Made by a program: the position numbers and the translations under genes. Below the pieces are notes generated by a model. It was not told the DNA's origin and made no database searches. It saw only the letters and a list, made by a program, of their open reading frames with translations. From Candidatus Omnitrophota bacterium (GTDB lineage: Bacteria; CG03): a DNA stretch of 43,945 nt. Shown here piece after piece: positions 27,901 through 35,900 of the stretch (the first letter of the stretch is position 1; each line of letters opens with the position of its first letter). The stretch lies in the NCBI GenBank assembly GCA_013791745.1, contig VMTH01000007.1, forward strand, positions 1 through 43,945. The letters run 5' to 3'.

Positions 27901-28524
27901 GGAGGAGACGGTTGGGCTTATGACATCGGCTACGGCGGGCTGGACCATGTCCTCGCCTCAAAAAAGAACATAAATGTCCTTGTGCTGGATACAGAAGTCT
28001 ATTCCAACACGGGCGGACAATCATCAAAAGCCACACAGCTGGGCGCCTCGGCAAAATTCGCCATATCGGGAAAAGAAATAAAGAAAAAAGACCTCGGACT
28101 CATAGCCATGTCCTACGACTACATCTATGTGGCGAGCTGTTCCATGGGAGCCAACAAACAGCAGTTTCTTAACGCTATCAGCGAAGCGGAATCCTACGAC
28201 GGGCCTTCGCTGATAATCTGCTATTCGCCCTGCATAAATCACGGCCTGGATATGTCAAGATCAGTTGAGGAAGAAAAGCTGGCCGTGGAATGCGGTTACT
28301 GGCCTCTTTACCGCTTCAACCCGCTTATTGCCGACGAGGGAAAAAATCCTTTTAAGCTGGAGTCAAAAGACCCGAACGGAAAATTCCAGGAATTCATACA
28401 GAGCGAGGTGCGATTCAGTTCCGTTAAAAAACTCTTCCCCGACAGAGCCGAAGAGCTTTTCGCGAAAGCGGAGAAAGCGATGCTGAAACGCTACGCCCAT
28501 TACAAAAAACTCGCTGAAGTTTAA
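25000..28524 (+). CDS. nifJ: Pyruvate:ferredoxin (flavodoxin) oxidoreductase, single-polypeptide NifJ/PFOR type
   Basis: I place the start at the in-frame ATG at 25000 ([37 protein letters not shown]), not the track start 24742, whose 86-aa extension runs through the thiM divergent promoter. The product is about 1174 aa. The ferredoxin domain has [13 protein letters not shown] and [12 protein letters not shown]. The TPP domain has [16 protein letters not shown]. Confidence 0.93.
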   Translation: [1174 protein letters not shown]

Positions 28525-29492
28525 ATTTGTAATTTATCCAGAACCTTAAGCAGTTCCTCATAATTTTGAGAGCCCGTCACCTTCCCGCGGGCGGCGGCGG
28601 CGGAAGCAAAATCTTTCAGATACCACAGGGCCGCCTTTCTCATCAGCCCTATCACCGATGAATCGGTGAGATCCGAATATTTCCTGATATACGAAAGATG
28701 TTTTTTCAGAGTTTCTATGCGCTGTTTTTTTCCCGGCTTCGGAGAGCACAGGCCGTTTTTAAGAAAACCGTTTATGTCTTTGAATATCCAGGGATTCCCC
28801 ATGGCCCCTCGTGCGACGATAATACCGTCGCAGCCCGTCTCTTCAAACATCTTATTCGCCAGAGGCGCGGATAGGATATTGCCGGAAGCGAACAAAGGAA
28901 CGCTCAGGTTTTCTTTCGCCATTTTTATGGCCTCATAATCCACATCGCCGCCGTACATCTGAGCGCGCGTGCGGCCGTGCAGAAATATGGCGGATACCCC
29001 GGCGCCCTCACAGCCCCTCACGACATCGATGAGGGCTCTTGTATCGCTTTTGTCAAAACCCGTCCTGAGCTTAACAGTAACAGGGAGCCCTGATTTCAGC
29101 GCAAGGATTTTTATTATAGCGAAAAGTTTTTCCGGCGTTTTAAAAAGCGCGGCGCCCTGACCGTTTACCACAACTTTTCTCACCGGGCACGCGGCGTTTA
29201 TATCTATAAACTCGACATCCGCGTGTTCTTTCATCTTCAGCGCGGCATCAAGCATGAGCTCGGCGTCGGAGCCGAGAAGCTGGCCTGCCACGGGACTGTC
29301 AGCCGGGACGCTCTTGAGCATACTCAGCGTCTTTTCCCTTTCCCTGACGAGAGCGTCGGAGGATATCATCTCGAAAAAAGCCATCAGCGCGCCGTGTTCC
29401 CTGCATATCAGCCTGAAGGGCAGATCCGAGCAGCCGGCAAGCGGAGCCAAAAACACATTCGTTTGAAAGACTTTATCGCCAATTCTTATCAT
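28521..29492 (-). CDS. dusB: tRNA-dihydrouridine synthase (DusB-like)
   Basis: 323 aa. It reads FLAPLAGCSDLPFRLICREHGA...DINAACPV.KV...GAAL...VTVKLRTG...HGRT. Confidence 0.88.
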   Translation of the reverse strand: MIRIGDKVFQTNVFLAPLAGCSDLPFRLICREHGALMAFFEMISSDALVREREKTLSMLKSVPADSPVAGQLLGSDAELMLDAALKMKEHADVEFIDINAACPVRKVVVNGQGAALFKTPEKLFAIIKILALKSGLPVTVKLRTGFDKSDTRALIDVVRGCEGAGVSAIFLHGRTRAQMYGGDVDYEAIKMAKENLSVPLFASGNILSAPLANKMFEETGCDGIIVARGAMGNPWIFKDINGFLKNGLCSPKPGKKQRIETLKKHLSYIRKYSDLTDSSVIGLMRKAALWYLKDFASAAAARGKVTGSQNYEELLKVLDKLQI

Positions 29493-29567
29493 GGGCTATT
29501 TTAATTTATTAAGCGTGAATATAAAAGCGCGCCGGGGGCTAGTGGAGCGGTTCCTGATTCGCGGCAA

Positions 29568-29596
29568 TAGCAAATGCCCCCATTTTTTAGTATAAT
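29568..29596 (+). promoter_or_regulatory. Candidate promoter giving a leaderless or near-leaderless transcript for the YchF-like gene
   Basis: A perfect TATAAT lies at 29591-29596 and TAGCAA lies 17 nt upstream (29568-29573). The ATG at 29603 begins only 6 nt after the -10 box, and no RBS is present. Confidence 0.45.
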
Positions 29597-29602
29597 CCCC
29601 CT

Positions 29603-30292
29603 ATGAAAATATATTTGAGCGGATTGGCTTTTGACGAGGGGAAGGTGAAATACAATGACGAACGCCTGATAAAACTCAGCGACAAATTCAAGCCGAAAAA
29701 AGTCGCGCCGTTTTTCGCGGAACTCACAACGGCTGATCCCGAACAGGCGGACGCGATCGCCGTGCGGAAAGAGACTCTCCTTGATTTACTGATCCCCGAC
29801 ATGGAAAAACTGGAAGGGCGTCTGGCGAGGAGCGAAAGTCAGGACGAAAAAAAACTTCTCGTAAAATGCATCCGGGCCATGGAAGAAGAAAAAGTCCTCT
29901 GCGATCTGGAATTGAGCGTCGACGAAAAAAACATTCTCAAAGCCCTCGCTCCCCTGACCTTTAAACCCACAGTGGTGATTGACGGAGATATCTCAACGGA
30001 CGAACTCATCGCCAGCGTCTTGAAAAAAGCCGGCATCATATTCTTCTACACGGCCGGGAAAGACGAATGCAAGGCCTGGCCGGTGGAAAAGAATTCTAAC
30101 GCCGTCACCTGCGCGGGAAAAATACACAGCGACCTCGCGCGCGGTTTTATACGCGCGGATGTGGTGCCCTTCGACGGCATGATGAGCGTTTTCAACATGC
30201 ACGAGGCCAAAGAAAAAGGTCTTGTCAAAACCGTGGAAAAGAACCACATCATTGAAGACGGGGACATAATAGAGATAAAATTCAACGTCTGA
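29603..30292 (+). CDS. YchF/Ola1-related protein lacking the P-loop (helical insert + DUF933/TGS-like C-terminal domain only)
   Basis: 229 aa. The C-terminus AWPVEKNSNAVTCAGKIHSDLARGFIRADVV.F...G....EAKEKGLVKTVEKNHIIEDGDIIEIKFNV matches the YchF C-terminal domain. The N-terminus MKIYLSGLAFDEG has no GxxxxGKS/T. Confidence 0.7.
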   Translation: MKIYLSGLAFDEGKVKYNDERLIKLSDKFKPKKVAPFFAELTTADPEQADAIAVRKETLLDLLIPDMEKLEGRLARSESQDEKKLLVKCIRAMEEEKVLCDLELSVDEKNILKALAPLTFKPTVVIDGDISTDELIASVLKKAGIIFFYTAGKDECKAWPVEKNSNAVTCAGKIHSDLARGFIRADVVPFDGMMSVFNMHEAKEKGLVKTVEKNHIIEDGDIIEIKFNV

Positions 30293-30296
30293 CCGC

Positions 30297-30332
30297 GTCC
30301 GGCGGAATCAAAGGATGCGGACAGCTTTTTTT
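30297..30332 (+). terminator. Weak candidate terminator after the YchF-like gene
   Basis: The stem is GTCCG (30297-30301) paired with CGGAC (30318-30322), with a 16-nt loop, then AGCTTTTTTT. The U-tract overlaps the stop codon of the convergent gene. Confidence 0.35.
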
Positions 30333-31497
30333 AGAATCCTTTCAGTATTTCGGCTGCCCTGATTTTAAGACCTTCGGAAACATCCGGCCTTTTCATTAAT
30401 CTCCCCAGCGAAGATTTTATCTGTTCGAGAACGCATATATGTTTCTCGTCTTTAAGCGCCGCGACCAGCGCTACCGTCTCTTCTTCGGCCAGTTCCACCA
30501 GAGCCCACACGGCGCTGGCCCTCATCCATTCGTTCGGGCTCGAAATCATATCTTTGAATGTGGCGGCAGCAAGCTTTTTGTTATGGGGATAAAGGGCTTT
30601 CGCGGCATTAGCGCGCACCCGGTTGCTGATATCATCAAGGTAGGGCAAAAAGAAAGTCGTCGCTATATTCGGGTCTTTTTCAGTTTTCAGTTCTTCCTCG
30701 ATAAATTCTATTCTTCTGGCCTTCTCCCTGATTATCGGGTCTATGTCCGTTATTGTCTCGTGCGTGGAATTTCTCACGAGCGGCGGAAGAGGCGAATGCC
30801 GGGAAAAGCCGCGCATCTCTTCCATGATTTTTTTCTGATGCTCCAGCGTGGAGATCTCCCTTTTCTCAACAAATCTGCGCGTGATGGCGTGCATCAGGTA
30901 AAAGGCCGCCAGAAGTATTAGGGCAAAAACCGCAATGCCGGCGAATACTATCTGATTCATTTTAACCCTATCGGCTTCGCGCGCGGAGGAGATCTCCGAG
31001 AGAAGTTTCTCCCTTTCTTTTTCGCTTTGTTTCAGCAGGCTGTTTATCGTTTCCAGGCCGTAGTTGAAATTCGCGGAAAATTTGTCTTTCTGTTGTTTGA
31101 ATTCTTTGATCAGCGCGTTGAGTTCTTTCTCTTTCGCGGCGGAAGATTCCGCTATCAGGCCCCTCTCGGACATCCGGCGGCACAAAAGAAGCATCTTCCT
31201 GATCTCCTGATTGTCAGGATCAATATTCCCGGCCTTTGTCAGATACGCCTGAGCGGAAACATAGTCATCAGCCAGAAAGCTCTCGGAACCGTATTCCGTG
31301 AGCATCTTCACAAAAAACTCCTTCATCTCGCTGTTTTTGCCGTCCAGGCTTAAAGCTGTTTCCATCAGCGACATGCTCTCCCGCTTCTCTCCTTTGATAT
31401 ACTCAGCCACGGCTCTGTTAAAAACCTCTTTTGCCGTCTCTGCAGAAAGATTCTGGAAAACAGCCAGAAAAATAATAAGCAATAATTGTTTTTTCAT
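30331..31497 (-). CDS. Single-pass membrane protein: signal peptide, periplasmic TPR/coiled-coil region, TM helix, cytoplasmic HEAT-like repeats
   Basis: 388 aa. The signal peptide is MKKQLLLIIFLAVFQNLSA and the TM helix is IVFAGIAVFALILLAAFYLMHAI. The C-terminus has HEAT/PBS-lyase-like repeats (NRVRANAAKALYPH..., EWMRASAVWALVELAEE). It is the third gene of the cassette, 12 nt after the PorV-like gene. Confidence 0.6.
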   Translation of the reverse strand: MKKQLLLIIFLAVFQNLSAETAKEVFNRAVAEYIKGEKRESMSLMETALSLDGKNSEMKEFFVKMLTEYGSESFLADDYVSAQAYLTKAGNIDPDNQEIRKMLLLCRRMSERGLIAESSAAKEKELNALIKEFKQQKDKFSANFNYGLETINSLLKQSEKEREKLLSEISSAREADRVKMNQIVFAGIAVFALILLAAFYLMHAITRRFVEKREISTLEHQKKIMEEMRGFSRHSPLPPLVRNSTHETITDIDPIIREKARRIEFIEEELKTEKDPNIATTFFLPYLDDISNRVRANAAKALYPHNKKLAAATFKDMISSPNEWMRASAVWALVELAEEETVALVAALKDEKHICVLEQIKSSLGRLMKRPDVSEGLKIRAAEILKGF

Positions 31498-31509
31498 TTC
31501 CTATCTCCT

Positions 31510-32967
31510 TTATTTCGGATCTTCCCCGGTGCCGTGATCGCCCAGAAATTTTCTGAGCCGCTGCAGTAACTTTAAAACACCCATATCGGCCGGCGACAGC
31601 TTCAAAGCGTCCTCTAAAAACTTCTTCGCCTCCAAATACTCTCCCTTGTTGAGCGCCTTATACGCAAGGCATCTGCACTGCAAAAGCGCGGCGTTCTTAT
31701 TCGCCGGATCTAAATTCAGGATCTCATCCACGGTTTTCAGACAAGTGTCAAAGTCGGATTTACGCAGCTGCTCCCGCGCGGCCGTGAACAAATCCCTGCT
31801 CTTCTGTTTCTGGGCTTTTTCTTCAATCTTCATCTCAATGTTAAAGAGCGTTTCCAGATCCTCCTTGGTATCGGATTCTATCATGGCGATCTCTCTGAAT
31901 TCCGCACGGGCCAGTTCATATTTGTCGTTCAGGAAATATTCTATGGCCGTATTTGTCAGTTTGTCATATGTCTGTTTCGCTTTCCGGAGTTCATCGCCTC
32001 GGCGTTCAAGTTCCTTACGGCTGCTGTAATACAATTTGGCCTCTTCGGCCGCGTCCGTGTCAAAGTAAAACTTTACGCTTAACATGTGTTTGATTCCGAG
32101 CTCATGGAACACAAAAGCGTAATCCGCTGAACAGCGCTCAGTGATAACGGTAAAACCCGCGCTCAATTCCTTATAGTTCAATCCCGCGTTCAGCGCGAAA
32201 ATCGGCGAGATCATATAAGAGCAGCCCGCCTTCCACAGCGTGCCGGAGCCGGCGCCGGGACGGATGAGGTCAAGGGAAGGCTTTATTTTTCCTCCGGGCA
32301 ATTCTCCCGCCGCGCCGAAGATCAGTCCGCGGGAATAATCATCAGCGCTATCTTTTAATTTCAATGAGGGGCTGATGAAATTTTGAACACAGAAAGACAC
32401 ATCAGCATATTTCCAGGAAGATATAATTCCCAGGTCCGCGCCGACGGAGCTGGCGCGGTAACTGTCCATACTCTGCGACAGCAGTTTGATATTCGTTCCG
32501 GCCGCGAGCTTATCTTTCACCGGGTAGGCGAATGAAAAAATAAAAGCTTGTTCTTTAGCGGCGAAACTTCCCAGGCTCTCTCTCAGAAGAGATGTTTTTT
32601 CAGCCATCGCCGATTCCACCCCGGCGAATGAAACGCCCATATAGGAAGATTTCGGAAGGAAGGTAACGGGCCCGAATTTATGCCCGCCACCGATAAAATA
32701 ATAATTTCCGCCGTCATACATGGGCCTGTAAAAAAAGGATAACTCATCTCTTGCCAGATCACAGAGTGATGCGGGGTTAAGATACACGCCCGCGAGATTC
32801 CCTCTGAGCGCCGAGCCGCTGCCGCCCCTGGCGGCCTGCGCGGCATCGCCGGAGAGGACAAGAAGATAATCTCCCGGCCTGCCTCCGGATGCGTCTCCGG
32901 AATAATAAGCTCCGGCGGCCGAGGCAAAGCCCACCGCTATACAGAAGACGAATATCCGCGCAGTCAT
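31510..32967 (-). CDS. PorV/PorQ-like outer-membrane beta-barrel fused to a C-terminal coiled-coil/TPR domain
   Basis: 485 aa. The signal peptide is MTARIFVFCIAVGFASAAGA. The N-terminal block AAQAARGGSGSALRGNLAGVYLNPASL resembles the conserved start of PorV/PorQ (UPF0164-like) barrels. About 290 aa of alternating beta-strand-like sequence follow, then TPR-like helices (residues ~300-485). Its start overlaps the stop of the upstream cargo gene by 4 nt. Confidence 0.5.
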   Translation of the reverse strand: MTARIFVFCIAVGFASAAGAYYSGDASGGRPGDYLLVLSGDAAQAARGGSGSALRGNLAGVYLNPASLCDLARDELSFFYRPMYDGGNYYFIGGGHKFGPVTFLPKSSYMGVSFAGVESAMAEKTSLLRESLGSFAAKEQAFIFSFAYPVKDKLAAGTNIKLLSQSMDSYRASSVGADLGIISSWKYADVSFCVQNFISPSLKLKDSADDYSRGLIFGAAGELPGGKIKPSLDLIRPGAGSGTLWKAGCSYMISPIFALNAGLNYKELSAGFTVITERCSADYAFVFHELGIKHMLSVKFYFDTDAAEEAKLYYSSRKELERRGDELRKAKQTYDKLTNTAIEYFLNDKYELARAEFREIAMIESDTKEDLETLFNIEMKIEEKAQKQKSRDLFTAAREQLRKSDFDTCLKTVDEILNLDPANKNAALLQCRCLAYKALNKGEYLEAKKFLEDALKLSPADMGVLKLLQRLRKFLGDHGTGEDPK

Positions 32968-35900
32968 TTAAGCACTCCTATCAGCCTGCGGCGGCGATGC
33001 TCGCCTCCGGAAGATGGATGAACAGTAAGATTCAGGATATATACGCCGTTTGCCACAACCGAGCCCTTGCCGTTTCTTCCGTCCCATGTGATGATATTCG
33101 TCGTTCCCGTCGGAGTCCCCGCCCCCGAAGCGCTGAATTTTTTAACAAGCTCTCCGAACGGGCTGTAGATCTCAAATTCCAGCACGGAATCTTCAGTTAA
33201 AACGCATTCTATTTCCGTATTTTCAATCAGGGGATTGAAGGGGTTCGGGTAATTTTTCACATCGCCGGAGACAGAAGCCGGCGCGGCATAATTGAGAACC
33301 CTGAAATAAGACAGATCGCGCACCGTTGCCGTCACCTGTCTGTTCTGCGTATCTATCTGCTGATCGTTCACGACGGTCCATTTTCCGTTCGCCTCATCAA
33401 GAACAAATAATTTTGTTGTTGAAGGCGCGACAACATCAAGGCCGTCATAGTCAAAAACCAGATTGAAGGTATAAGCGGACGCGTCCGCGACGGCTCCGTT
33501 CAAAGAATTCTTCAATTCGATCTTATAGCTCGACCCTCCGGGGATTGTCATAATGGGCGAGACTGACGCCGCCTCATCAGCCAGGGAGGTGAGGGAATCG
33601 CTCACCTCCGCCGCATCAATATAAGTGTTCGGGGGAAGATCCGGAGATTGAACGCTCAAACGCCCGCATATTACTTGAGACCACTTCACATAAAAAGAAA
33701 ATGTCTCACCGCTCATCCTCTCCCCTCCCTGAGAATCTTCCGCGTTCACTCTCCAGAAATAAGTGGTGAAATCCGAAAGAACGGAAGTGGCATTGATTGC
33801 GTAGGTATTTGTGGAAACCGGGAAAACCTCCAATAGAACAGTCTCCGGAAAAGTGGAGGAATAGACGAGAAAGCGATAATTGACCGAGTCACCGCTCAAA
33901 AGGTCGGGATCACCGTTGCCCTGCCATACAAATTTGGGCGTGAGCATGGAGACCTCTCCGGAATCCTCCGGAGACAGCAGAGAAAAAGGCAGCGGGGAAT
34001 GATTGACATTCCAGACGCTGAATTTCCCCGAAACGGAAGAACCCGCCATAAGGCCGTCCGACACTTCCACCATTATCTCATAATCACCGCCGTCAGAATA
34101 AAGGCTCGTGTCCAGAATATATGACGTGGCCCCCTTCCTTAAACCTTCTCCGAAATAAAGTTTTTCCACGAGAAGCTGCGGGGCAGCGGCGGGCCCTGTT
34201 GAAATAAAGAGATTGAAATAAACCCTGTCATAGAAATTGATGTCTTCAAAATCCCATTCTATGAGCATCAGCCCTGTCTCAATATTTCCCGCCTGCGGAT
34301 TTTTGACGCTGGCCGTCGGGGCATTATCGTTATTGTTTATGCTGAAATCTCCTGTTTCCGCGCTTGTTCCGGATAATCCGCCGCTGTCAGAGGCACTTAT
34401 TTTAAGCCGGAAGAATGCGCCGTTGCCCGATAAAGCGCTGTTCCATGTCCAGCGGTCCACCGACACATCGGAAAGTTCATGAAGGAGCGTATAAGTTATC
34501 CCGCCGTCATTGGATAAAAAGATCCGTATATCGTGAAACGCGTCTCCCGAATTGGGATCCGAGACCTGCCAGACGATATCGCTGTTTCCCGATACGGTGT
34601 CTCCTTCAGATGGGGCGACCACAGTAACTGACGGCGAAGCGTTTGTCAGGGCCGAAGCGAAATTTGACACCGGTGAGATGTTGCCGGCTGTGTCGCGCGA
34701 ACGGACGGCGAAAAAATATTCCGCGTTATTCTGGAGTCCGGAAATTGTAAAATTTTCAAGATTCCCCGGCGATTGCGGGGACGGCCCTGGCATTGAATTC
34801 ACCGAAGCGATTGACGCTGCGGTAAAACTGAAACTGGCGTAAAAAACCTCATAGCCCGCGAGATTGTCAAACGGGGGATCGGAAGGGCTCATCCACAGCA
34901 ATTGGATCTCTCCGTTGGCGGATCCTGTAATAGCGTCCAGATCCCCTATTTGCAGCGGAAGAGAAAGATCAACAAAAAATGTGAAGGTTTCCGACCATTC
35001 AGATTCATCGCTATAACCGTCCCTCGCCTTCAGCCTCCAGAACCAGGTCTTCTGGGAAAGACCGGATGACGGCAAAGAAAGAGCGTCAATACCGGAACTG
35101 TCTATGAGCGGCGAGACAAACGCGCTGTTGTCAGCCAGCTGCAGACGGTAAAGGATATCTTCGCTGTCGGGGTCATATGCCTCGTTCCAGAACAGGGTCG
35201 GAGTGGTGTAATTTATGTGGAATTCAGCGCTCGGCGACGCCGGAACCGCCGGTTCCGGAAAAGAATTGCTGTTGATGGTGATAAGCGACAACTCGGGCGT
35301 CTTGGACGGGTCAGGCGAAATTAATTCCGCTCTCCAGCGGACGTACCTGTGGGAAACATAATCGCCTATATTTGTCAGCCAGCCGAACCATATAACCGAG
35401 TTTGTTGAAAAACTGAACTCATAATTGATCGTTCCCGAGCTGAGCTCATGGTTTACAGAATAAGACAGATATCTCGCGCGGCCCGTGCCCGAATCATAGC
35501 CGTTGGATCTACCGTAAGCGTGTGTCTGATAGTCCGTCCTGAAGAGGATATCCGGCACACCGGTGATAACGCCGGTTGAAATGTCCGGGAAACCGTCAGT
35601 CCCCGAGGAAACGCAGGCGGAGCTGAGTTTGATATAGTCATTTTCATACGGCGCAGGCAGAGAAAACACGGCGCCGGATAAAACCACGACAGACACTCTG
35701 TAAAATGACGAAGTTGAAAGCTGCACCGGTTCTATCTCCGCCCAGGCCCAGCCGGTGGCGCCCGAAACAAGAGCCGTGGCGAGGCAGCCACCCGCGTCAG
35801 ACCATAGATTGAGCGTGTAGGTTTCCAGATCGCTCGAGGGCAGATACCTGCCGAGGCCTATTATGGCTCCGGGGACGGCAACTCTGAATCTCCAGCCCGC

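Noticed and set aside
29535-29587. GGGGGC...GCCCCC followed by ATTTTTT, considered as a terminator or small RNA
   Set aside because: No plus-strand gene ends upstream (dusB is on the minus strand). The loop is about 34 nt, and the segment coincides with the -35/spacer of the promoter for the YchF-like gene.
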